Positions 23,290 to 37,410 of a stretch of DNA of 64,000 bases are shown piece by piece; position 1 is the first letter of the stretch; every line of letters begins with the position of its first letter. The notes below the pieces were generated by a model. That model saw only the letters and a program-made list of their open reading frames with translations, made no database searches and was not told the origin of the DNA. Position numbers and translations under genes: made by a program. The stretch comes from Amoebidium appalachense (taxonomy: Eukaryota > Protista > Ichthyosporea): NCBI GenBank assembly GCA_963693365.1, contig CAVNZM010000010.1, forward strand, positions 9,258,554 to 9,322,553, written 5' to 3'.

Positions 23290-25238
23290 GGTTGTGCGGA
23301 CACACAGGAGCAACTCACAGACAAATACTCTGTGTTGGTGTGTACTGAAGACTAACACGGGGGGGGTGCATTGGAGGAATTGCCAAGCTGCAAAACCAAT
23401 AATGGTGTATATACGCGCAAAACATGTAGCAGTTTAGTAACTTATCTACTGTTTCAAAGTTTTGGAATAGAAGATTAGTTTTCCAAAGATGCAAGCCTCT
23501 TGTAATCTTAGGTACTCCAATGATGTTTAAAAGAACATTTTTGTTCTGAAATTCAACCAAGCTACAATTGACCCCTGAGGAGTCTCTACAATAGCCGATC
23601 CCTATTGGCTGTAGATTTTTGGGGAAAGGGGAAACCAATCGGTACTTGAATCAGTCAGAGTGCAGAGCGACTCGCCGACAGTTGGGGTTCAAATTTTAAT
23701 ATTCATGCCCACACTTTTTCAGGAGTGCAGTTGAAATATTAGAAAATTATTTGCTGCGAATGTTCAAGACAGAGGAAGGAGAACTAAATGTATATTATTA
23801 ATCTTATATTTTTTATTGAGCTTTTTCCACGCAATTGTCTTATAAACGCTTTGTTAGTAATCGATTCATAAGCTGATGAATATTCCATTAGAAATGTATT
23901 AGATTCGATCCCCAATTGTTCCAGGTTGATCTGGGGGGTCACGAGGCGTAGGAAACCATGTGCAGGCAATGTATATTAAACTTATTAGCAATCAGCTAAC
24001 TTGGGCTCTCTACTTCTAAATAGATATTTAGAGTATTTATGAAAAAAAACATATGAGCATTAAACTCTTTTCGCTAAGATGTTTTACGTCTAGAACCATC
24101 ACGAACAAAAGGAGCCATGTTTGCCGTCCTCTTTCCGTACGATAGCTATTGGATCCCCGGAATGGTGCGAGGTTCACATTTTGATACATGCATTGTGTAA
24201 CACGGTAAATGCTGTGAAGCACGTGAAAAGCAATGTATATTTACCATATTTTATAAGGGCCTTCACTTCAACAGGAGGCAGGCCTTACATATAGTACGGT
24301 GTATGTGGATCCTTCTGTCTGTGTAGTGTACCGTGGCCGGGCTGTGCGCACCTGCGCATGTAGTACAGTATGCACGACCTGTTCGCATTGCCAGTCGGGC
24401 ATCGGGTCGAGACAGCGGCCGAGTCGCTCTAGACCGACCGACCCGAGCACTATCATGAATCGACCCGACATGTACAGGCGGCTCATGATCTTTACGCCCC
24501 GTTTTGCTGGTTCAAAATTCACCTGCAAGAACTGGGGTAATAGCCAATCATGAAGCTGTTATTTAGAAACATGGTCAGCAGCTTGGGGGGGCGCTATGAC
24601 TATTGGAGACACACACATGGCCAGTGTTCACGTGCACAACACTAAGCTCGGGCTAGAACACAGTGCAAAAAAGCAGAGAGAGGCGGCCGGAAAGGCGGCG
24701 TAACGCACATACACACGCAGAGTACAAGCGGGCGCATACCCGCAAACACAGCATTATGGTGTGTACCTAAACCCACGATCCTCTTTTCTGTAGCGGCCGA
24801 CCACCACTTTACAAAGGCCCGAGTTCTAATTCACAGATGCTTTCTTGCAGTGCACCATCGAACAAATATGCATGATTTTGAAGGCAAGAGCTATTAGTTA
24901 TGAGGACAGGAGTCTTAATGGCCAAAAAACACGGTGGCATTATTATAGTTGATCCAGAGATTCAGGCATTGTGCTACATGTAGGGCTAGATGTCGCAGCA
25001 CAGCAATCACGCCACTTCCTTCGACCTCTGTCCGTGTGTCTGTGTTGCAGGGCACACCTGCAGCATGACGCGCTACATGGCTTCTTGGGCTGGGCACCTA
25101 ATGCGTTAATTTGTACAATTTTTTTTGTTCAGGTCCGTGTGTGCGCATGCACACGAGCATGGTTTGCACTTGTGGATTCCACTACTGTACGTGTGAGGTG
25201 CAGCTTTGCGCATGTTAGTGCTGTACGTGTGCGCACTG

Positions 25239-27139
25239 ATGGTAAGCTTGTATAACGCTATATTTTTGTAATCTGTGTTATGTGTGTGTGAAACTTTCTA
25301 TGCCTGCAGTGTGGCGTGCAAGTGTGTGCATAGATGGGCTGTTGCTGATACGGTGGGCAGGTGCTGTACGTGCTGTTCGAGTCTGCGTCGGGCTACGGCC
25401 TGTTCGAGACCACGGAGGCCGAGGGGGTGGGGCTGAAGAAGGAGACGGTGCAGGAGGCCATCCAGGACCTGGGCCGCTTTGGCAAGGTCGTCAAGCTCAA
25501 GGCCTTCGTGCCCTTCACCTCGGCCCAGCTGGCCCTCGAGAACATCAACTGCATCTCGGAAGGTGCGTGGCTTTACAGCGTGGTCTTACTCCGTCGTCTC
25601 AAACGGGCGAGGGGTTGGGGAGGGGCATATTTGCGGTTTACATAAGTTTGGGCGTATGACACGTCAATCTGCGAGTGCCCTCCAGCTAATTGTAGGGCAA
25701 AACGGAGTTTGGGCCTCCACGCACCGGCCTTGTTGTCTACCAGGCAGTGGCACGGCATCTTTTTCCATTGCTCGGAATATTACGGATATGCCTTGATAAG
25801 TTGAAGTTAGGGAACTAAGGAAGACTCTGAGAGGCATGACAGCTCGACGACCACGGAATACCTGCAGGTCATGTTTACAGGTGGACGAGGGTTGGGTGGA
25901 AAGTAGACAGTCGATAATTTTTTTACTTCCAAATTACCAGCTCCGCTTGCATTAGCTTGATTCGTTGGGCATCTGCTTTTTGCAATTCAGGAGGACTTGG
26001 GCTCTAAGCTGGGAGTGGGTGGTGAAATCCCGTGTTTTCTATGTTTGGCCACCTATAACACGGCACTAGGTGTGCTGACTGGTGTGTGTGCAGGCATTGT
26101 GCACGACTATCTGCGCCACTTCCTGGAGGCGCAGCTGCCCAAGGTCAAGGAGGGCAAGAAGGCAAAGTTCTTTCTGGGCATTGGTGACGCAAAGCTGGGT
26201 GCCCAGATAGCAGAGACCCTGGGCGTGCCCTGCCAGGTCTGTGCATGCCCCCCCCCCCCCCCCCCCTCCGTCACTGGCACACTGTCTGTTGTGCTGTTGT
26301 TATGTCTGTGTGGTGTTAATACCCCTGTCTGACGGTGTGTGCAGGCCGAGGATGTAGTCAAGGAGCTGCTGCGAGGCATCCGCCTGCACTTTGGCAAAAT
26401 GATCAGTGCCATGCGCCCCGGTGACCTGGAGAAGGCGCAGCTGGGCCTGGGCCACAGGTGTGTGTGTGTGTGTTTGGGGGGGGGGGGGGGAGGGTGCAGA
26501 GGTACAGGGGTGTGCCTCGTCTGCTCGGCTGCACTCCTTGTGCAGTGAAAATGACTGATGGTGCGCCACGTGTGTGTGTGTGTGTGTGCACAAGACTCGG
26601 GCGTTTGGTCGAATCCCTACCCACCTACACACGTGCACGTAATGCTCTAAATGCACAGGTACTGCACACACACGTTTGTGTGTGTGCAAGGTTCACTTTA
26701 CATGCACATACATGGTTTGCCCTGCACATAGGTACACAGGGAATCAATTAAAACCTTTTTAACATGGCCCTTGCGCACACAACTCTCACACGAGCACGAC
26801 ACGACACACATATGTGTGCACTGGCATACACACACACACACACACACACACCTCCTGAGCCCCCTCATAATCACATCCGTGCACTGGCCCCAACCGACGC
26901 AAAATAGCCGGACCTTTTGAGTCTAGCGTGCCCAAAAATACAACTTCACATTTGCACTCCATGTTCAGTTTCCACGTACTCATTATATCTTGCTGGTACA
27001 CACACACACACACAGCTACTCACGTGCCAAGGTCAAGTTCAACGTCAACCGTGCAGACAACATGATCATCCAGGCCATCTCCCTGCTGGACCAGCTGGAC
27101 AAGGACATCAACACATTCTCCATGCGCGCAAAGTGGGTG

Positions 27140-27178
<39 letters not shown>

Positions 27179-29270
27179 CGTATTTGGGGTTTGAGGGATA
27201 TTGAAGTGTAGAGCCGGGGGCGGGGAGGGGGGTGGGGGGGGGGGGGATGGTAGTTGAAGAGGTGGTACTTTGTTATGCCACAAGGCATGGATGGTGTTTG
27301 TCTTGGGCTCTGCAATGGTCGATGTGGATTTATTGTGAATCTTCGGTGTGGAAAATGAGTGTGAACAAGTAAGGCATGGTGGTTTGGTGGTTAAGGTCTA
27401 ACAGGTGTGCTCTTTGTGGTGTGATGTCAACATCACGTCCATGAGATCTTGGGGATATGTCGAATGAGCCCCCAAGTTTCCCTGTTGCCGTGCATGTGCA
27501 TGGCAGTGTGGTGGTAGGGTGCTGACCACTGTGTGTGCAGGGAGTGGAACAGCTATGCATTCCCCGAGCTAGCCAGGGTAGTGACAGACAACTACCTGTA
27601 TGCCAAGGTGGCCAAGGCCCTGGGCCCACGCAACAGTGTCAAGGACGACAAGCTGGAGGTGATCGAGGCACTGGTGGGGGACACGGCAAAGGCCAAGCAG
27701 ATCATTACTGCCGCTAAGAGCTCCATGGGTAAGAGCTGACTTGTGTGTGTGTGTGTGCATGGGTGCGCGGTGGTGGTGATGGTGATGGGTCTCGTGCTTG
27801 TGGCAATGGTGTGTACCGTGCATTTGTGAAGTGACGTGTAGCATGTGACTGTTCGTGTTGTGCATGCTTCATGTGCCCGTATGTGTGTTACCGTGGATGT
27901 GTGTGGTAGTGCTGTGTGGCCGTAAGTATACTTTTTTTGTGTGGCGGTGTGGCCCAGAATGTGTGGTGGTGGTGCATGTGGCAGGTATTGCAGGGCGCTG
28001 ACCTCTGCTGCAGGCATGGACGTTAGCGAGGTTGACCAGCGCAACATCATGCTGTTCCTGGACCGCGTCATCGAGCTGTCGGACTACAGACGGCGGCTGC
28101 ACGAGTACCTGCAGAGCAAGATGACGGTCATCGCGCCCAACCTCAGCAAGCTGGTGGGCGAGATGGTGGGTGCCCGACTGATCAGCCAGGCCGGGTCCCT
28201 GACCAACCTGGCCAAGTACCCCGCCAGCACCGTGCAGATCCTGGGCGCCGAGAAGGCCCTGTTCCGCGCCCTCAAGACCCGCGGCAACACCCCCAAGTAC
28301 GGCCTGATCTACCACAGCAGCTTTATTGGCCGGGCTGGCGCCAAGAACAAGGGCCGCATCAGTCGCTACCTGGCTAACAAGTGCTCCATTGCCTCCCGCA
28401 TCGACTGCTTCTCAGGTACACCTGCTTGTGCTTTTACTGCTTTTTGGCCGGTGTGCATGTGCACGTGCTTGCATGCGTGTTTTTTTGTGCGTGCGCGCGC
28501 ATGTGTTGTGTGTGTGTGTGTGTGTGTGTGCGTGTGTGTGCATTTATGTGTAAAGGGGCACGTGCTGACAGTTTGTTTCTGCAGAAACACCGACGGACAA
28601 GTTTGGAGAGGTGATGCACGAGCAGGTGGAGGAGAGGCTCAAGTTCTACGAGACGGGGGAGGCACCGCGCAAGAATGCAGACGTGATGAAGGAGGTCATG
28701 GACGGGCTGAAGGAGGTGGTGGGTGAGGCAGAGGGGGAGAAGAAGAAGAAGAGCAAGAAGGAGAAGAAGGAAGAGGGGGTGAGCAAGAAGAGGAAGCACG
28801 AGGACAGCGAGGAGGAGGAGGAGGAGGAGGCGCCAAAGAAGAAGAAGAAGAAGGACAAGGTGTGTGCCCCTCCCTCCTAGTAGACAGAACATACACACGT
28901 ACACGAAACAAACAGGCAAAGGTACCAGAAACACACGCAAAGACACACGTGGGCAAAAAAAAAAAAAAAAAAAGGAAAGAAGTCCTCTCACACAACCACA
29001 GCACGGAGGCAACCCCCCACCCATCCACCCACCCACCCATCCAGCAATTTTACCAGCAATTTTAAGTGCCCACATCTGGTATAGATACACAGCACTACCC
29101 ACAGGCCGAGAACAGACTCGTTTGTCGATGGAAGTCGGATATGCACACACTGACCATATTTGGGGTTGCAGGAGTCGAAGAAGGAGGGCAAGGAGAGCAA
29201 GAAGAGCAAGGGGGAGGAGGAGAGCAGCAAGCCCAGCAAGAAGGAGAAGAAGAAGAGCAAGAAAGAGTAG
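25239..29270 (+). CDS. NOP56: Nucleolar protein 56, box C/D snoRNP core, 10 coding exons
   Basis: ATG|gtaagc at 25239, then [85 protein letters not shown] and [57 protein letters not shown], ending in a KKE-rich tail. The start-codon exon is the least certain part. Confidence 0.96.
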
Positions 29271-29781
29271 TGTGCTGTATATAGTCTAGTAGTGTGTTTT
29301 TTTACGTCTTGTTCTGTTTCGTTTTGTTTTGTTTTTTGTTTTGTTTCTAGGGGTGGGGTTGGGGGGGGGATTGTGAAGCCAAGCAGGATAAACGATAAAG
29401 ATAGCCATATAAGGATAGGGCTATAGGCCCTGCCGAGAGTGTGGAGGGGTGGGGTGAGGTGGCGGCTGTGCCGGCACAGGCAGGGGGCAGGCTGGTGGCT
29501 GGGCCGCCATTTATAAAATGTTAGAAAATACGTCACTGTGCCCTATTTGGTGTGCGGCCGGGTTGCTGAAACTGATAATACTGTGTGTACATGTTGTTGT
29601 ATGGAGGTTTGTGGCCAATGCCCCTGCTACCCCAAAATGTTGCTTTGAGTCAAAACAAGGGGCTGGAGTCACTTCCCACTTTATGGCACAACACACACAC
29701 GACCGTACAGCACGTGCCTCTCCTGCCCTTGCCAGCTTCGCTAGATACCTTTATTCAAGTCCGGCCAACTGCTAGGTTTCT

Positions 29782-29832
<51 letters not shown>

Positions 29833-29833
<1 letters not shown>

Positions 29834-29880
29834 TGCGCAAACAGGTGACGTCATCATGCGATTAATTTTGGCGCGAACGC
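29833..29880. promoter_or_regulatory. NUP214 upstream motif cluster: TTGCGCAA, CRE palindrome TGACGTCA, E2F-type TTTTGGCGCG
   Basis: Motifs at 29833-29840, 29846-29853 and 29866-29875, about 160-200 bp before the ATG. Confidence 0.45.
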
Positions 29881-30032
29881 CGCCAGCTGTTCAATCCAGC
29901 ACCGAGCTCACATGGGCCGCTTGAAAAGCTTTGCTGTACTGCACATGTCTACTTGGAACGTAGTGGCCTAACTCTGGTGGCCGTAACCCTCAGCCCAATC
30001 TCAGAGGCTCCCAGGGTCGTGCCGCTGCCACC

Positions 30033-30326
30033 ATGGCGGAAAAAAAGGTGCCACCCCACACTTGCTGCTCGCCTTCTCCCTGTGTGTGTGTCTTGTGGGC
30101 TGGACTAACTAACCCCCGTTACTCCGCCCTCACCACTTTTGCTCCTGTTCCCTTATGTTCCTTTCCCATAGTCTGCATCCTCTCCTATATCCTTTGACCA
30201 CAAAATTATCGTTGGCAGCCCTTTTCCTTTAAAACCAGGAAGCACAACTGCAAAAACACAAGCCGCCCCCCCCCCCTCCCCCCCCTCCCCCTCCCCCCCC
30301 CCGCCCCCCTCCCCCCCCCATAACCA

Positions 30327-30363
<37 letters not shown>

Positions 30364-30726
30364 CCCCCTTCACCACCACCACCACGTCTACCAGCACCCT
30401 TTGTCATGTACTAGCTTGCCCTCTTGCTCCCACTTGCACTCACCTTTTTCTCCACAACTGTCCTTCTCCCCGCCCAACCCGTGGCAACCAAAGGCACACA
30501 CACATACACCCCCTCTTCCCCGCTGCCTCTCCTGGTAACCAAAGACACACCCACACACTCACACAACAGTGCCCCGGTCTTTTCCTTTCGACATTTTCCC
30601 TACATCCCCTTATGTAGCTCTCACTCTGCATGATTCCCAGTTTCACAAGCATACACAAACTCTCTGTACATAGAGGGGGGGGAGAGGACGGGGGGTGGGG
30701 GCCGAGAGAGAGGGAGGGAGGGGGGC

Positions 30727-30761
<35 letters not shown>

Positions 30762-30869
30762 GGGGGGGGGAGGGGGGAAGGGAGAAAAAGAGAGAGTGTG
30801 TGTGTGCGTGTGCGAGAGTGAGATCGAGAGAAAGAGTGAGGGAGTGAGTGAGCACACATGACCAGGCAG

Positions 30870-30933
<64 letters not shown>

Positions 30934-31786
30934 GAGTGTGTGTGTGCAACCACACACACGCACACGTAAGCACTCATTTGCCCACAGTCACTCACACCCC
31001 TGCATGCCTGCATACACGCTCACCACCCACACCTGAAAAGGAAAATATACACAAGCACTTACAGACCAAAGCACACACCCAATATACACATTCCTCTAGA
31101 TCCACATGGGCAGGCTTGGTGCTGTTACGTGTGTGCTGTGGGGCAGCAGGCAGCCGGTGCATGCTATTGGGGCCAAGGTGCTGACCGGGTGTGTGCAGAC
31201 GTTCGAGTACACGTACCTGGGCAAGGACACGGGCCTGCAGTGTGGCCTGACCCTGGAGGCAAACCCCGACTCGGCCAGCTGCCTGGCCTGCAGCCGCACA
31301 TATGGACTGCTGGTCTTGGGCCTGCCCGATGGTGCGCCCTGCTGCCTGGGGGGGGGGGGGGGGGGGGGGGGGGAGGTTAGATGCTGACGGGGGCTGCAGG
31401 GCTGGTGTGTGTGGGCACGGAGGCTGTGCGGACTGGGCTGCGCAGCAAGGAGGCAGGCAGCATACGGGACCTGCAGGGGGCTGGACTAACAGCGTGTGGC
31501 CACGTGCTGGCCTTGGCCCTGGCTGCCAGCGAGCTGCTGGTGGCTGCTGCCGTGGGCAGTCACGTGCTGGTCTATGCCCTGAGTGACCTGGCTGCAGGCA
31601 ATGCACAGGTGTGTGGGTGGGTGTCTGTGGCCATGGGGGTGACAGGGTTTCTGGGGAGATGTGCAGTTGGCTGCGGGCATCATGGCAGGGTGTGGGGGGA
31701 TGGGTACGAAGTATGAGAGTGAGTAGTTGGGGACATGGGCTTCGAAGGGTTCCAGGAGAAAAGACCGGGAATTGAGGGGGTAGGAC

Positions 31787-31817
<31 letters not shown>

Positions 31818-31981
31818 GGGGGGGGGGAGGGGGGAAGGGGAGGGGGCAGGATGAAGGGCAGATGGCAAGGGGAATGAGGGGCCAGGGGTTGAGGGGGGTA
31901 CAGGACAGAAGACTGGGTGGCGGGGAGGGTGGGGGAACCTCGAGACAGAAGAGTGAGTGGCTGGGGAAAAGTGGGAGAAGA

Positions 31982-32012
<31 letters not shown>

Positions 32013-33564
32013 GATAGAAGTGCAAGTTGCTATGTAGAGGAGTGGAGGGTGGCAGGGCAATGGGGGATCCCAAGATGGAGGACGGATGGCTGGGGGTATG
32101 GGGGGGCAGGATGTACACGGGGGGGGGAGGGGGGAGGGGGGATGGCAGGGTAGGACCGGGGGGGGGGGGGGGAGGGGAGGGGGACAGCTGTTGGTGCCAA
32201 CACGGGGGCTGCAGGGGCGCAAGTACGATGCCGGGGGCACGGTGCTGTCGCTGTGGGCCAACCCCGACCCGGCCAGCAGCCTGCTGCTGGTGGTGCTGAG
32301 GGACGGCGGCCTGCGCCTGCTGGACACGGCCACGGCCACCGTGAGGGCAAAGTTGGACGGGCCCACGGCTGGTCCGTGGAACCCCGGGGGGGGTGGTGGG
32401 GGTTGATGGGTGGGTGCTGACGGGCAGGGCAGGGGGCTGGACCCACGACGGCAGGCAGGTGGTGTACGGCACGGAGGACGGGGCCGTGCACGTGGCCGGG
32501 CTGGACCTGCAGGGGCCCAGCACCCTGTACGCGTGCGGTGCGTGCCCCACACAGCACGTGCATGGGCCCACGGGCCACCACTGACCAGTCATTGCAGAGT
32601 CCGGTGCCCCCGTGGTGTGTGCGCAGGCAGTGGGCCCTGATGCCTACCTGGTGTTTGGCCTGGACGGGGACGGGGGGGTGGTCACGGGCAAGGTGGGTGC
32701 CAGCACGGTGGGCGGGTGTGAGTGTGGATGGGGGTGCTGAGAGGCGTGGCTGGGTGCAGCCCGGGGCAGCAAGCATGCACGGAACCTATCTGCCACCCCC
32801 GACAGACAGCAGGGACCACATGGCATGCTGCATGGCCACAGTCAAGGAGTGGTACGTCGGGAGGGGGTGAAAGGGAGGGGGGGGGGGGGGGGGGGGGGGG
32901 GGGTTACTGAGCGGGTGTTGATGATCATGGGGGGTGCAGGGGGCTGGTTCTGTACGGCAACAACAGGGATGAGAGGCCCACACACATGCTGGACACAGAC
33001 GGCAAGTGGGAGCAGGTCGAGCCTGAGGGCACCCTGGTCATCCAGGTGCGCTGGGGGCTGGCCACACGTGGGTGTGTTGGGGGGGAGGGGCCAGGTGTGT
33101 GCGTGTGTTTGGGGGAGGGAGGGGGAGGGGGGGGGGGCACAGGGAGGGGGGGGGGGGGTAGAGAGGGGCACAGTGACAAAGAAGGGGGAGGGGGGAGGGG
33201 GGGGAGGCACAGGCAGGGGGCTGCTGACCGGGGCACGTGCAGGTGGGCATGGTCGACGGGCCTGACGGCAGCCAGACCGACACGTGTGTGGCCGGGCTGG
33301 CCCTGGACTACACCTACTGGGTGGGTGCCCCCTGCCTGCCCCCCTGCCGGCCCCCTGGCGGGCCACTAACGGTTCGGGCCAGGACGACCCGCGGGACCAC
33401 TCTGGGGCCGAGCTGCCACGTGCGCCCATTGTGTACGTGCTGTCCACGGCGCACGTGCTCTACTGCTTCCAGTTCAAGATGCTGCAGGGCCTGCCAGAGG
33501 TGCAGCTCACACGCCCACAGCCCCTGCCGACCAAACGCCCCCTGGCAGGTATGTGTGTGTGTGT

Positions 33565-33603
<39 letters not shown>

Positions 33604-35875
33604 ATATGTGGTGAGTTTGATGGTGGTGGTGGTGGTTGGGGGGGGGGGGGAGGACGGAAGAGCATGCACGTTGCACCTGCGGGCCCGGGCCCTGATTCGT
33701 GCAACCCACAGCACCATCATCCCCGCCAGCTTCCCCCCTGGCGGCTGTGTCGGCACCACCAGCCACAGGCTTCAAGCTGCAGCTGGGGGCCGGCCAGGCG
33801 GCCAGCGGGGGGGTGGGGGTGTTTGGGGGCACAGGCCAGGTGCTGGGCGATGCCAAGGGCAAGTCGGCCTTTGGCCAGCAGCCGGCAGGGGAGGCCAAGC
33901 CCCTGTTTGGCCAGCAGCCGGCAGGGGAGGCCAAGAGTGCATTTGGGTCCTTTGGCCAAGCAACCGGCACCAAGCCCCTTTCCTTCGGCGCGTCGTTAGG
34001 GGGGCCTGCCCAGGCCCCTGTCCAGCCAACGGGGGATGCCAAGCCCAGCATCTTTGGCCAGCAGCCGGCCGGGGAGGCCAAGCCCAGCATCTTTGGCCAG
34101 CAGCCGGCCGGGGAGGCCAAACCCAGTATCTTTGGCCAGCAGCCGGCCGGGGAGGCCAAGCCCAGCATCTTTGGCCAGCAACCGGCCGGGGAGGCCAAGC
34201 CCAGCATCTTTGGCCAGCAGCCGGCCGGGGTGGCCAAGCCCAGTATCTTTGGCCAGCAGCCGGCCGGGGGAGGCCAAGCCCAGTATCTTTGGCCAGCAGC
34301 CGGCCGGGGAGGCAAAGCCCAGCATCTTTGGCCAGCAGGCACAGGCAGAGGCCAAGCCCAGCATGTTTGGATTAGGTGGGGCGGCCCAGGCCCCTGGCCA
34401 GCCAACGGGGGAGGCCAAGCCCAGTATCTTTGGCCAGCAGCCGGCCGGGGAGGCCAAGCCCAGCATCTTTGGCCAGCAGCCGGCCGGGGAGGCCAAACCC
34501 AGCATCTTTGGCCAGCAGCCGGCCGGGGAGGCCAAGCCCAGCATCTTTGGCCAGCAGCCGGCCGGGGAGGCCAAGCCCAGCATCTTTGGCCAGCAGGCAC
34601 AGGCAGAGGCCAAGCCCAGCCAGGCTGCCCCACAGCCCTGTGGCCAGCAGCCGTCAGCGGCAGGGGAGGCCAAGCAGAGTGCGTTTGGGTCCTTTGGCCA
34701 AGCAGCCGAAACCAAGCCGCTTTCCTTCGTTTTGTTGCCCGGGGCCACCGGCCAGGCCTCTGGCCAGCAACCAGCAGGGGTGCCTAAGTCCAGCATGTTT
34801 GGCCAGCAGCCACAGGCAGAGGCCAAGCCCAGCATGTTTGGCCAGCAACCACAGGCAGAGGCCAAGCCCATGTTTGGCCAGCAGCCACAGGCAGAGGCCA
34901 AGCCCAGCATGTTTGGCCAGCAGCCACAGGCAGAGGCCAAGCCCATGTTTGGCCAGCACCCACAGGCAGAGGCCAAGCCCAGCATGTTTGGCCAGCAGCC
35001 ACAGGCAGAGGCCAAGCCCAGCATGTTTGGCCAGCAGCCACAGGCAGAGGCCAAGCCCATGTTTGGCCAGCAGGCACCCACCACACCTGCGGCTGGGTTT
35101 GGTGCAGGGCAGGGCCAGGCAGGAGATGGGCTGGGCGCTGCCAAGGTCGGCATAGCAGACAGCAAGCCTGCAGACGGCCAGCCATCGGCCAAGCCTGCAG
35201 GCCCCATGGGGTTTGGGCAGGCAGGGGCGCAGACCAAGGGGGCTGGTCTGCTGGGCCAGGGCCTGGCCCCGGCCATGGGCAGCAACCAGCCGGCGCAGAA
35301 AGACGGCCCTGCATTTGGGGCAGCCATGCCCACAGCTAGGGCCCAGCCATCGGCGGCTGGCCTGGGCCAGCAGGCTGCAGGGCCAGACCAGGCCACACAG
35401 GCCTCAGCACGGCAGCAGCCGGCACAGGGGTAGGTGTTGGGCGGGCTGCAGGGCCGGGCATGGTGGGGCTGGGGCTGACTTTGGGTGCAGGGGGGCCATC
35501 AGCCACACACAGACACTGGCCCAGCTGGAGGCAAACTGCCTGGCCGAGCTGGGGGCAGCAAAGCAGGCCATGGAGGTGGCACTCGGTGGGTGGCTGGGGG
35601 GGGGGGGGGGGGGGGGGGGGGGAGGGAGGGGGGGATGCTGAGCACATGGGGGGTCAGGGCTGGAACGAGGCAAGGACGGGGGGCTGGTTGGGCTCAAAGG
35701 GCAGGTGACTGTGGCCACCCAGGCCACGGACGAGTGCTGTGAGCGGCTGCAGGCCCTGCAGACCAGTCAGGCCAGCCTGGCTGCAGCCGTGGCCCGGCAG
35801 GATGACGGCATGGTGGGCCTGAGACACGACCACCTGCAGCTTGCAACACGACTGGACATGCGCCAGGTGCGTGTG

Positions 35876-35910
<35 letters not shown>

Positions 35911-36057
35911 ATGCCTGTGTGTGCGTGTGTGCGTGTGGGTGGGTGGGTGGGTGTGGGTGGGTGTGGGTGTATGTGTGTGGGTGGGTGGGTGGGTGCAGGT
36001 GGATAGGTGGGTGTGTGTATGGATGTGTGCGTGCGTGCGTGTGTGCGTGTGGTTGTG

Positions 36058-36115
<58 letters not shown>

Positions 36116-36278
36116 TGTGTGTTTGTGTGCTGACTGGTGTGGCCCAGCACTCTGTGCCGCAACATCATCGGCGCATGGACCCCGAGCTGGTGGTGGAGAG
36201 GGACAAGCAGCGGGCAGCCCTGCAGGTGTGTTGGTGTGGGCCAGGGGGGTGGTGGTGGTGTTTTTGTTTTTTTTTTTT

Positions 36279-36338
<60 letters not shown>

Positions 36339-37350
36339 GGGTGGGTAAGGGAGGCTGTTTTTTGGCAGCCTGTTGGGGGTCATGGGAGGGTTCAGCTGTG
36401 GTCTGCTGGTTTGTGGCCTGGAGAACACGGGGTTGAAGGGGAGGGGGGGGGGGGGGGGGGGGGGCTGGCAGTGGTGCGACAATGTGTTGATGGTGGGGGG
36501 GACAGGGGGCGCTGCAGGGCATGCAGCAGCTGCAACGGCAGCTGGCCGGGCTGCAGGCCCAGGCGGCAGACGGGGCGCAGCTCAGGGGGGCCTACCTGCT
36601 GGCAGCGGCAGACAGAGACCTCAGCACAAAGGCCAGCCTGGTGGGCCAGTACCAGGCCAGGGTGGGTGCATGCCTTATGGGTTGGGTGGCTGGCCCAGCA
36701 GGCACTGACCAGGGAGCAGATCGAGCGCCTGGTGCGCGACCTGGAGCAGCTGGGCCGCAGTGCCGAGGCCATGGTACGTGCTGGCCCCCAGCCTGCACAG
36801 CCTGCGCACCCCTGCTGACCTGTGCTCCCCAGCCCCACGTGCAGGCCCCCAGCACACAGACACCCGGGCGGCTGCCCCCCGGGTCTGCGCACCGCTACAG
36901 CCGTGACCGCATGCATCGCCTGCAGGCCCACATCGAGGCCACGGCAACCCCCAGGCAGAGGTGCAACCACCCTGCACAATGCTGACTGGCACTGGCTGGG
37001 GGAGAAAAGGCGGGAGAGGGGGGGGCACTGCTTGCTGGTTTGCTTTGCTGGCCTGTAATGGAGGATATGGGCATGAATGGGACTTGCGGACTTGGGTGTG
37101 ACAGATGTGGGTAGAGCATGGTGCCTATGCAGCCGTGGAGATGAGCAATACGGATGTTTATGTTTCTATGTGCATGTGTGATCTCACCTGTTTACCAAAA
37201 TCGATTAGCTCCACCTCTAACAGGCATCTCGTTTCCCATGCACGTGCACACAGTCAAGCGCACATCTACGCGCATGCACATGCATGCACACATACACACA
37301 CGTATACACATATGCTCACAACGCACAAGCACGTACACTCGTACATGTAC

Positions 37351-37410
<60 letters not shown>

